Source: Leptolyngbyaceae cyanobacterium
Lineage (GTDB): Bacteria; Cyanobacteriota; Cyanobacteriia; Phormidesmidales; Phormidesmidaceae
Direction of reading: 5' to 3'
Length of the DNA stretch: 64,000 nucleotides
Assembly: GCA_965263355.1 (NCBI GenBank)
Contig: CBDHHL010000056.1
Location: 2,432,001 to 2,496,000, forward strand
Of this stretch, positions 42,562-51,466 are shown piece after piece (the stretch's first letter is position 1; each line of letters begins with the position of its first letter). The notes beneath the pieces are model-generated. The model did no database searches. It was given only the letters and a program-made list of their open reading frames with translations, and was not told where the DNA came from. The translations under genes were made by a program, and so were the position numbers.

Positions 42562-43571
42562 AATGAAGTGAGTTATCTCTTTGATTCTGTTTTTAGCCAA
42601 GCGTTTGCTACGATCCCATGGCACCGTCCCATCGTGAAAGCCTCACAACAGAAGATACTCTTGTGTCAAATGCAACCTGTAGCAGGAGACTTTGTATAAG
42701 CGCATCGAGATTCTAGAGCCGCTTTTCAGTTGCTCTCAACCCCAGACGGATAAAAGAAGCGCATCATCAAAGGCCTCTTACATGCAGACAGGTAACAAAT
42801 TAGTTAAATTATGAAGATCGATATGTTGCCAAATATTGAGCGTTGTCTTTAAGTGCGCAAAGCATCTCTTGTGCTTTGCAAGATGATTGTTAGAACACAC
42901 TTCAAACAAGTTATCTCGAATGGGGCCTAATGGCAGCTGCTTAGAATGAAAAGATTATGAGCGTTTAATGAAGAAGCGCGTTTAATGGCGATTAAATTAC
43001 TTTTTAATGAAATCCGGAAAAAGTACCGAGATCTTTTGTGATAGAGATGATGTCTAGCAACACTCTAAAGAGCACATCAGTCATACGTAGATTCAATGAA
43101 GAATATAGCCTGCCGTGATAGCTGAACCTTATTAATTATAATGATTTCAAGATACTAGATGCTGATGAAAAATTTGTCGTAAAAAAACTTTCCTGTGATA
43201 TCTAGCACTGTTTTTTGAATAACAGAACACCTAATTCTGTGGCAAGCCTGTTTTTTAGAGTGAGAATATCAAATCACTGTTGCCTGACTAAGAGCCACTT
43301 TGCAAAGTGGCACATATTCGAGAGAGCGTTATCATTTATGTTGTGAAACTGTAAATCTTCTACCAAGTTAGTAGTGTTATAAAATCGACTATTTTCTCTT
43401 TTTAGACAAATAATTGGTCTCAGTTGACGATCTGAATCTGGGATTTTTTTGCGGATCTTGTTAAGATACATCCCATCACGAATGTATCTATCCTCACCAG
43501 TCCTTTCGCTCCGAGTCTCAAGGAGGCACTTACCCTGATATCTTGTAAGCAGATGTGTCTTCTGGTGCAGC

Positions 43572-44294
43572 GTGGTCCCTATTCGCGACGAAAACCCGGT
43601 TCAGATTACGCCCTATGCAACTTACGGGCTAATCGTCCTTAACGTTTTAGTCTTCATCTATGAACTGACGCTGTCGTCGCCTATGGAGTTGACGGTGCTT
43701 TTCCACACTTGGGCGGTAGTGCCAGAGCAGCTGACAGAAAGTTTTTTTGGTGGTCGGTCCATTCCGTTCGATCTCTATGAATGGTCCACACTGTTTACCA
43801 GTCAGTTTCTCCATGCGGGTCCCCTGCATCTGGCTGGTAACATGCTGTACCTGTGGATTTTTGGTAATAACGTCGAAGAACAGTTGGGTCGGGCTCGATA
43901 TCTGTTGCTTTATCTGGGTTGTGGTGTCCTGGCTGCATTGACCCAGTGGTACTTTGGCATGTTTTCTGAAGTACCGTCATTGGGGGCCAGTGGCGCGATC
44001 GCAGGTGTCATGGGGGCCTACATCTTCAGATTTCCGACGGTGCGGATTCTGACCATTGTGCCATTAGGGTTTATATTCCTACCCTTTAGAATTCCAGCCA
44101 TCTTCTACCTAGGCTTCTGGTTTCTACAGCAAGCCGCCTACAGCATTGCTAGCCTTAGCATCCCGACCAATGTTGGGATGGCGGATGGGGGAATTGCCTA
44201 TTGGGCCCATGCCGGCGGATTTGTATTTGGGGCGCTCTTAGGGCCAGCACTAGGCCTATTTGACGACGCTGATGACGAGATTCAGCAAGTGTAG
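43572..44294 (+). CDS. Rhomboid-family intramembrane serine protease
   Basis: FLHAGPLHLAGNMLYLWIFG, GASGAIAGV (catalytic Ser), AYWAHAGGF (catalytic His). Confidence 0.95.
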   Translation: MVPIRDENPVQITPYATYGLIVLNVLVFIYELTLSSPMELTVLFHTWAVVPEQLTESFFGGRSIPFDLYEWSTLFTSQFLHAGPLHLAGNMLYLWIFGNNVEEQLGRARYLLLYLGCGVLAALTQWYFGMFSEVPSLGASGAIAGVMGAYIFRFPTVRILTIVPLGFIFLPFRIPAIFYLGFWFLQQAAYSIASLSIPTNVGMADGGIAYWAHAGGFVFGALLGPALGLFDDADDEIQQV

Positions 44295-44312
44295 ATTCTG
44301 ATTTTAATAACG

Positions 44313-45560
44313 ATGTTTCGAATCGATCGACGGCTGCTGCGAGCTAAAACTATTTGTCACTTGATGACAATGGGAAGTGCGATCGCACTTTTCGGAACCC
44401 TGGGTTGCGCCACACCCCCCACATCATCACCTACTGATACATCGACCAAAACCACGGCTACTGCTATTACGCAGGTATCACCGTCTGACGGTAACCCAGG
44501 CTTCCAGATGGTAACTATATTGGAAAACCTGGAACATCCATGGGGCCTGACCTGGCTACCAGACGGCAACCTGCTGATTACTGAGCGATCAGGGCGCTTG
44601 CGCATTGCCCGCGATGGTGTGCTAGATCCGACACCGATTTCTGGACTCCCTGCCGATATTTTTGCGGAGAACCAGGGGGGATTACTGGATATTGCCGTAC
44701 ATCCCCGCTTTAACGAAAACCGCCTGGTTTATTTTTCCTATTCCCACGGAACAACGTCAGCCAACCGCACCCGCATCGCCCGAGCTACCTTTGATGCCAA
44801 TTCCCTAAGCAATTGGCAAGTCATTTTTGAAGTTTCCCAAACAAAAGATCGAGGACAGCACTTTGGATCTCGTCTGGTCTGGTTGCCCGATGAGACCCTA
44901 CTGGCCTCCATTGGAGACGGCGGCAATCCTCCCATTCAACTCGACGGTGAACTCATCCGCCAGCAGGCCCAGAACCTTGACAGCCACCTGGGTAAGGTGA
45001 TCCGCATAAACGATGATGGGTCTATCCCAGAGGATAATCCCTTTGCCAACGATGCCGTCGCCGCACCAGAAGTTTGGAGCTATGGGCACCGCAATATGCA
45101 AGGTCTCGCATTTGATCCAACTACAAACCAGGTATGGGCCACAGAGCATGGTGCTCGTGGCGGCGATGAGGTAAATCGGCTTGAAGCTGGGGCCAACTAT
45201 GGGTGGCCAGTGGCCACCCATAGCCGCGAATATTCAGGCGGACTGATTTCCCCAGAAACATCACTGCCAGGGATGATGGACCCTAAGGTAATCTGGACAC
45301 CGTCAATCGCCCCCTCTGGACTAGCAGTCTACACAGGTGATTCTTTTCCCGCATGGCAAGGTGATTTGTTTGCGGGTGGCCTCGTCTCCCAAGATATTCG
45401 CCATCTAGAAGTAGATGATGCAGGCAACCTTGTGACGGAAACATCTATTGCCATTGGTCAGCGGGTGCGCGATGTGCAACAGGGGCCAGATGGCCTCTTA
45501 TATGTTCTAACCGACGAGTCGAATGGGCAACTTATTCGGTTTGAGCCCGTAGAAGAATGA
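44313..45560 (+). CDS. PQQ-dependent sugar dehydrogenase (GSDH/YliI family), probable lipoprotein
   Basis: LEHPWGL, QGGLLDIAVHP, HFGSRL, YGHRNMQG, EHGARGGDEVN, NYGWP, RVRDV; TLGC lipobox-like. Confidence 0.93.
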   Translation: MFRIDRRLLRAKTICHLMTMGSAIALFGTLGCATPPTSSPTDTSTKTTATAITQVSPSDGNPGFQMVTILENLEHPWGLTWLPDGNLLITERSGRLRIARDGVLDPTPISGLPADIFAENQGGLLDIAVHPRFNENRLVYFSYSHGTTSANRTRIARATFDANSLSNWQVIFEVSQTKDRGQHFGSRLVWLPDETLLASIGDGGNPPIQLDGELIRQQAQNLDSHLGKVIRINDDGSIPEDNPFANDAVAAPEVWSYGHRNMQGLAFDPTTNQVWATEHGARGGDEVNRLEAGANYGWPVATHSREYSGGLISPETSLPGMMDPKVIWTPSIAPSGLAVYTGDSFPAWQGDLFAGGLVSQDIRHLEVDDAGNLVTETSIAIGQRVRDVQQGPDGLLYVLTDESNGQLIRFEPVEE

Positions 45561-45578
45561 GTGAGCAGAATCCAAGCC

Positions 45579-46829
45579 TCAAGCGGCGGCACATCTATCC
45601 TTAGGTAAGTAGTTCACCCAGGGGGCATTTAAGGCGAGTGCCACATTCATATATTCAAACGACTGCACAAGCCAGTCAATCGAATCGACTGACGATTGCT
45701 CCCACATGTGAAACAAGATTCCAAAGCGATCTTCAAACCAGGAACGTACCGTACGCTTGAATAAAACGATCTTTAAAAGCACTGCCGTCAGTGCCTGGTG
45801 ACCCACTGTTTTGATTAAATGTTTAAATTGACCAACGTCAGGGCGCTCTAATGTATTACACACCAACATCTTTAACAACCGACTGCATATGTAGGTAATG
45901 GAAGCATCGGTAATGGGGGCTGTTTCTGCTCCCAAGCTCTCCACTAAGGCAGTTTTCACCGCACTACTAAACCGATTCGTCTTAAATCGTGGGTTAGCCT
46001 CTACAAATGGCTCCATAACATAGTCATGGAAATGGGCAAGAAAATCCTCCCTTTTCTGACGAGAACGGTAAAACTTATCCAACTCAGTTGCCTGCTTTAC
46101 GTAACTTCCATTTCTACCAGGGTGAAATGCCCAAATCGCATCCTTGAGATGCTCATCAGATAATCGTGTAGGATTCACTGGCATTAAGCCCTGCTGATAA
46201 TCATTCCAGTACTTATTAAGACGTTCGTTGAGATGCTGTGCCTGATGCCTTCGCTGTAGCTGAATACTTTTACGTTGATGCAACGGAACATCGCGGGTAA
46301 CGGCAGCTGACTCATAAATAAAGAAGTAATCTTTAAAACAACTGGCAAAGGATGAACAGTCTTCTTCCTGGGGGGTGTCCCAGAGCAAACGCATCTGGCG
46401 CTGTAGCGGTACATAAAGATTGTCATTGCTGACGTAGCCATCCATCGCATCTATCAGCTGCTTGACCCGCCGATCCCTTGGACGTTTCTCAGGAATCTCG
46501 TTGGCTCTCAAAATTAATTCCCGCAACTGGGCATGGCGGCCAGTATCCAGACGCCAAATGTTACCAATCGTGTAAAAGCAACGATTAATCACATAGGGCA
46601 AAATTTCATCAGCCTTAGGAGACTCCAAGATATGCAATAGTGCAGGGCGTACCGAGTTAGAATCCAACTCTGGTAGAGTAACATTAGCTTTGAAAAGCAG
46701 ACCATAAAATGCATCGATGGCTTGCTGAGCATCCTCTATCCTGGCAAGCTGCCGCACATAGCCATAAACTATACGCTCTGCTCGAGTAGCTGGTCGGTTA
46801 GCAAAAAATTCACCGTCGGTGGAGTACAT
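45579..46829 (-). CDS. Conserved-looking cyanobacterial hypothetical protein (416 aa)
   Basis: Long ORF, mostly helical; YVINRCFYTIGNIW and VLLKIVLFKRTVRSWFEDRFGILF motifs; no recognisable catalytic motif. Confidence 0.75.
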   Translation of the reverse strand: MYSTDGEFFANRPATRAERIVYGYVRQLARIEDAQQAIDAFYGLLFKANVTLPELDSNSVRPALLHILESPKADEILPYVINRCFYTIGNIWRLDTGRHAQLRELILRANEIPEKRPRDRRVKQLIDAMDGYVSNDNLYVPLQRQMRLLWDTPQEEDCSSFASCFKDYFFIYESAAVTRDVPLHQRKSIQLQRRHQAQHLNERLNKYWNDYQQGLMPVNPTRLSDEHLKDAIWAFHPGRNGSYVKQATELDKFYRSRQKREDFLAHFHDYVMEPFVEANPRFKTNRFSSAVKTALVESLGAETAPITDASITYICSRLLKMLVCNTLERPDVGQFKHLIKTVGHQALTAVLLKIVLFKRTVRSWFEDRFGILFHMWEQSSVDSIDWLVQSFEYMNVALALNAPWVNYLPKDRCAAA

Positions 46830-46901
46830 TGAACGTCAGGTCCCTGTTAAACCTATTCTGATGAGACTACGTATCTATATACTTAAGTGTTAGCGCAATT
46901 T

Positions 46902-46929
46902 ATACGAAAATTCTAGTGTTTTTTCGTAT
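46902..46929. promoter_or_regulatory. 9-10-9 inverted repeat upstream of the 416-aa gene
   Basis: ATACGAAAA-N10-TTTTCGTAT. Confidence 0.45.
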
Positions 46930-46973
46930 GTCTTGCTGCATTGTTCAGGGTTCGTAACATCTCCACGATTACT

Positions 46974-49715
46974 TCAGTCCACAACAATACCCTGAAGTCT
47001 TTGAACTGCATACAGTTCCTCGTTTGAAAAACCTTGTTTTGTATAAAACTTACAGTTCTGGTATTGATCTAGATCACTGACAGTTTTCCAAGTCTGCAAA
47101 ATCTCTTCGACCTGAAGGTCCCAAATGCTAACGGTAGATTTATTCTGGCATAGAAGCTGCTGACCGTCATTACTGATAAAAAATTGCTCTGGCAGCTCTG
47201 GCAACGTAATCAACGCTAGTAACGACATCATTTCATTCCAAACCCAAACCGTGTGATCTATGTCACACAGGGCTAGATATCTTCCATTGTTACTGAAGGT
47301 CGCCTGGTAAGGTTGTCGAAGATTAGTATTCAATTCTTTGACCTTAAAGCTGATTGAATCTTCTGCCAATATTGGGTCAGTGACTGTAAAGCACCGCATG
47401 ATGGCCTTATATAAGTGTTGATTGGACGCATCATCGGCTACAGTTTCAACTACATTTAGCTGATCCCCAAACCATTGAAACACTAAAAAATCTCCATAGG
47501 GGTTTAAAGGCAATGGAGCCTCAGCAATTGTGTAATCATTAGTCGATGTATTGTGGTACCAAATGAGTATCGAACTGTTGTTGTCATAGCCTGCCAAGAT
47601 GCTAGCGTCTGGATTAAAAGCCAAGTGTCTGACAATATCATTGGCCTCACACAGGGATTCACCGATTTCTTCGCCTAGCATTAAGTTCCAAAGCTGAATT
47701 TCTCGATTCCCCAGACCAATGGCCAGCAAATCATCCGTCAGGTCAACACTACAAATAGTGGCAATGCCAGATATATCGCTGTAGCATTGCTCTTTATGGG
47801 TCAGTGAATCCCAAATCACAATGCTTTGATCGATGAGAATCACGATTAACGTATTGCTATCAGTAACTACGATTTGTTGAATTGGGATTTCCAGCTCATC
47901 ACACCAGGCTAAAATAAATCGATTGTTAACCCACTGATAGACCTGTAAGAAACCCTGGGAGTCGCCAATGGCCATGGCGGTTTTATCGGGGTGTAGTGCG
48001 ATCGCACATGACTCATAGGTCCCCATCATCAAGACAGCCTCTCGAAATCGACATCCCTGAAAATCGAGTCCTTGCAATCTAGATACTCTCAGATCAGCAT
48101 GCCATAGGGTGAGGTTAGCCCAACTCACATCGGCGAGGGACAGCCCTAAGTAGGTCGCTAAATTAAATAGATTACCGGCTGCATAGCTACGGGAGGAGAC
48201 AGGTAATGTATGAAGCTGACTGATGAGGCGGCTAAATTTAGCGGCTAAATCCTCCGATAGAAACCGGTATTTAAGCGTGTTGGCAATCGGCACCAAAAGG
48301 TAGTTTTTAAGAGTTTCTTGCTGTTTGACAGAGACTGTGGGTAAAGATAATGGGTATATGTGAAACAGTGTTAGGGTTTCGTCAATTAGCTCCTTTAAAA
48401 ATATCTCTTTCAACTGTTGGAGTAAATAAAGGCCCAAATATGGCGGTGTGATTTGGCAGATCCCATGCGTTTCTGAAAAGTACTCTAAAAGATGCCGCCG
48501 ATGTAGCATATCCCAGGCTTGCACCAGCTGCGTATTCTTCAGGGTACTCACGGGTAACCAGGCCTGCACATCTAGCCAAGAAAGGGGACGCAACGCAAAT
48601 AGATAGAGTAATGCCTGCTCTGCATCCGATAGCTCATCTGTAAGCCGCTCCAGATGTCTATCAGACAGGAGGGGTAATGATGACAGATTGGCCGTAAACT
48701 GCTGAATTTGATTAGCATAAAATGATTTTAGAGTCTCAATACTCTTATGCAAAAGTGCAGGATTGCCGCCACACAGTTTGACCAGCTGTTTCCAATGAAT
48801 CTCATGTTGAGCAAGCGAATCCCTAAGATAGGGATATTCCTGTGGCAACAGAGCACTGGCCTCGTCAAATGAAAGCCCTTGCAGCTTTTCAGTGGGAATT
48901 CGCCGATCAATGTCAGTAGGCTGAATAGCGCTCACCCAAAGTAAACAACTTTGATGATCAAGCGTTGTAGCAATCTCTCCAAAAAAGGCTTTATAGTCAG
49001 GATTATCTATAAACTGTTCACCATGCTCAACGATGAGTAGATAGCGATTTTGATTCAGGGTTCTCAATACTTGCTGACGCATTTGAGAAACTGCACCAGG
49101 CATATCCTTATCAGAACCATTGAGAAAATCAATCAATCCCAGAGAAGATAAGGTTTGATACCATGTTTTCCAAGTTGGGATCTCATTGAGGGGATGATAG
49201 ATGATCTCAGTAAAATGACCGTTCAGCACTAGAGGCAAATTATCTAATAAGTAGCTTTTGCCAATGCCCTTAGCCCCCGTTAAAACGATTGCTTGACAAC
49301 CTGATTGAAGGGCACTAACCAAACGTAATAATGGTGTTTCTTGGGGATTACTATCAAGCTCGTCCAACCTACCTGGGTTAAGGTCTTGGGAAATCGACTC
49401 AGGTGGACGATCTTGTTGTGTCCCATTTATCAATACATCTTGTTCTTTTTTCCAAAGACGTTCTACGGTGCTTAGAAAATTAGTCTTAGTGATATTTTCC
49501 CCTGGCCATACCTGTTTAAGGAATTTCCAAAGCTGATACCCATAGACAGCACGCACTGTATTTTGGCTGTAGCCCATCTGAACTGCCATCTCCTTATAAG
49601 AAAGGCCTTCATAGCTCCAACGGATAATGCCTTTCTCAATCTCAGTCAAATGGCGATTAGCATAATCAAAAACACAACGGTCAACGTAGTCTAAAACATC
49701 CTCTAGCTCCAACAT
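46974..49715 (-). CDS. HTH + NB-ARC/STAND-like NTPase + degenerate WD40 protein
   Basis: N-terminal HLTEIEKGII..SYEGLSYKEMA...GYS..TV helix-turn-helix; Walker A GAKGIGKS; CGGNPALL (GxP); YAAGNLFNL plus ADLR pentapeptide linker; WD-like repeats. Confidence 0.85.
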   Translation of the reverse strand: MLELEDVLDYVDRCVFDYANRHLTEIEKGIIRWSYEGLSYKEMAVQMGYSQNTVRAVYGYQLWKFLKQVWPGENITKTNFLSTVERLWKKEQDVLINGTQQDRPPESISQDLNPGRLDELDSNPQETPLLRLVSALQSGCQAIVLTGAKGIGKSYLLDNLPLVLNGHFTEIIYHPLNEIPTWKTWYQTLSSLGLIDFLNGSDKDMPGAVSQMRQQVLRTLNQNRYLLIVEHGEQFIDNPDYKAFFGEIATTLDHQSCLLWVSAIQPTDIDRRIPTEKLQGLSFDEASALLPQEYPYLRDSLAQHEIHWKQLVKLCGGNPALLHKSIETLKSFYANQIQQFTANLSSLPLLSDRHLERLTDELSDAEQALLYLFALRPLSWLDVQAWLPVSTLKNTQLVQAWDMLHRRHLLEYFSETHGICQITPPYLGLYLLQQLKEIFLKELIDETLTLFHIYPLSLPTVSVKQQETLKNYLLVPIANTLKYRFLSEDLAAKFSRLISQLHTLPVSSRSYAAGNLFNLATYLGLSLADVSWANLTLWHADLRVSRLQGLDFQGCRFREAVLMMGTYESCAIALHPDKTAMAIGDSQGFLQVYQWVNNRFILAWCDELEIPIQQIVVTDSNTLIVILIDQSIVIWDSLTHKEQCYSDISGIATICSVDLTDDLLAIGLGNREIQLWNLMLGEEIGESLCEANDIVRHLAFNPDASILAGYDNNSSILIWYHNTSTNDYTIAEAPLPLNPYGDFLVFQWFGDQLNVVETVADDASNQHLYKAIMRCFTVTDPILAEDSISFKVKELNTNLRQPYQATFSNNGRYLALCDIDHTVWVWNEMMSLLALITLPELPEQFFISNDGQQLLCQNKSTVSIWDLQVEEILQTWKTVSDLDQYQNCKFYTKQGFSNEELYAVQRLQGIVVD

Positions 49716-49777
49716 GGACTCCTCAATTTAGATAGACACACACAACCCTTCTCTATTAAGGAGTCTAACGTAATTTA

Positions 49778-49902
49778 TATGACTTTTTAAATGCCTATTA
49801 TGACTTTTTAATATGACATTATGACTTTTTACGAAAGCAACTGGGTTGATTGCCGTAGTACGCCATAAAAAGTCATAATGATGAGAATGACTTTTTATGA
49901 CT
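49778..49902. repeat. Array of TATGACTTTTTA boxes (3 direct at 21-bp period, 1 inverted, 1 further direct, partial copies)
   Basis: Copies at 49778, 49799 and 49820; reverse complement at 49866-49877; ATGACTTTTTA at 49887; partial TATGAC(T) at 49812 and 49896. Confidence 0.9.
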
Positions 49903-50038
49903 AGTTATCTTCAGAGGTCCTAAAATACCTGACAACTCTCAATACTTTAGAGGTTTCGGCTTAGACTTTTCCTTTGGCAAGATAAGGCTACAAGGCATCA
50001 AATGATGTAGGTGCCGACATTACGCGAGGGATTGCACC

Positions 50039-50221
50039 ATGCCACTAGAAATGTTGATCGGTCTAAGTTTAAGCGGATTTTTGATTGTACTATTTAACCC
50101 ATCGCCGCAACCTAAACCCAGCAAACCAACTAGAAAAACGATTGCAACTGTAGTACTGTCTGGCTCCACCGGAGAAATTGAAATTATCAAGGACTCCCAA
50201 GGGGCTGGCGCTAAGTCTTAG
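50039..50221 (+). CDS. Small single-TM protein (60 aa), divergent from the STAND gene
   Basis: GAGGGG RBS-like site upstream of ATG; N-terminal hydrophobic helix followed by a Pro/Lys-rich segment. Confidence 0.55.
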   Translation: MPLEMLIGLSLSGFLIVLFNPSPQPKPSKPTRKTIATVVLSGSTGEIEIIKDSQGAGAKS

Positions 50222-50309
50222 ACATAGTTAGTGCTGCAGCGTTGACGTCGAGCAACTGCATGCCACAGTTAGTGTGAAGCTACAGGGTGTCTTACGGGCT
50301 GGTTACCGT

Positions 50310-51236
50310 TTAATGACTGACTTGCCGATTAACCAGTAGGACACCACAAAAAACAATAATTCCGCCTGCAAGAGATACCAGGGCTGGTGTCTCTTGCAAC
50401 CATACCCAAGCAAGGAATAAGGCTGCAACGGGAATTAATGATAGATAACTGCCTGCCTGTGAAGCTGGCAGCTTAGACAAGACATAGGACCAGGCAATAT
50501 ATGCGATCGCACCTGGAAACAGTCCCATATAAACAACGGATAGCGTAGGACCCAGAGGGGCATGGAGCGCTGAGATGACTGCACGGGGTGCAACGAGTAT
50601 CAAAAATAGGGTACCTGCCCAGATGGCATAGGCTGTAAATTGAATGGCAGTATAGCGTTGTAGCAGTGGTTTTTGAATAACCGAGTAGACGCTAATGCAC
50701 AGTGTGGCCATAAACACTAGCAATGCCCCAAAAGACAACTGCAACCCAGCGCTACTAGCAAAAGAAATAACCGCCACACCAACGACACAGAGACCAATGC
50801 CAAACCATCCTGGCATCGATAGTTTTTCACCATTCAAGAGCCTTGCCAGCAGGGCAATAATGCCAATTTCCGACGAAATAATAAAGCTAGCCATGCCGGC
50901 AGAAATTGTCAGTTCCCCTGCATTCAAAAATACGTTGTAGAGTGTAAACCCCGTCAAACCGCAGATACTAATCAATGGCCAGTCCTGCCGTCGTGGCAAA
51001 GGCATACGTTTAACTAGCGCATAAATTAAAAGCAGTATCGATGCGACAAGATAGCGCAGAGTAGCTACCTCTACGGGACTATAGGCGTTTAAGGCAACCC
51101 GAATAGCAGGAAAGGCAGATGCCCAAAGCAAAATTGCGCTAAATAGGGCAACCATAACTAATGGTTTAGGTCGCTGTGCAGGCTGGTAGGCTTGGGGACG
51201 AGGGTTAGCGTGATAGAGCGGCTGGGATAACACCAT
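50310..51236 (-). CDS. DMT/EamA-family transporter
   Basis: ILLWASAFPAIR, about 10 TMs, AYIAWSYVL..LPASQAG...WLQE. Confidence 0.92.
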   Translation of the reverse strand: MVLSQPLYHANPRPQAYQPAQRPKPLVMVALFSAILLWASAFPAIRVALNAYSPVEVATLRYLVASILLLIYALVKRMPLPRRQDWPLISICGLTGFTLYNVFLNAGELTISAGMASFIISSEIGIIALLARLLNGEKLSMPGWFGIGLCVVGVAVISFASSAGLQLSFGALLVFMATLCISVYSVIQKPLLQRYTAIQFTAYAIWAGTLFLILVAPRAVISALHAPLGPTLSVVYMGLFPGAIAYIAWSYVLSKLPASQAGSYLSLIPVAALFLAWVWLQETPALVSLAGGIIVFCGVLLVNRQVSH

Positions 51237-51466
51237 AACGTTGCGTAGGCTGAATAGCAGTAGCTTAAAGGCAGGTTAACCTACGGAGCAATCTATAAAA
51301 CTCATCACATCCTTATGACGTTTCGATTTACAAGATGTGATGTTAGTAAAATGCACGTCAATTTAATTATTGATTTTATGAAGCTGGGTAAAATACATAA
51401 TTGCGGCATTCTATTGTGAATCCGTAATCATCCAATATACCTAGCGTTAGCGTTTGGAATAGCAGC

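Noticed and set aside
43274..43471. 65-aa minus-strand ORF in the xylanase upstream region
   Set aside because: No motif, no clear RBS, and composition typical of AT-rich intergenic DNA.
49778..49902. CRISPR array or oriC
   Set aside because: Repeats are 12 bp with 9-bp gaps and mixed orientation, no cas genes are present, and the motif does not match the DnaA box TT(A/T)TNCACA.
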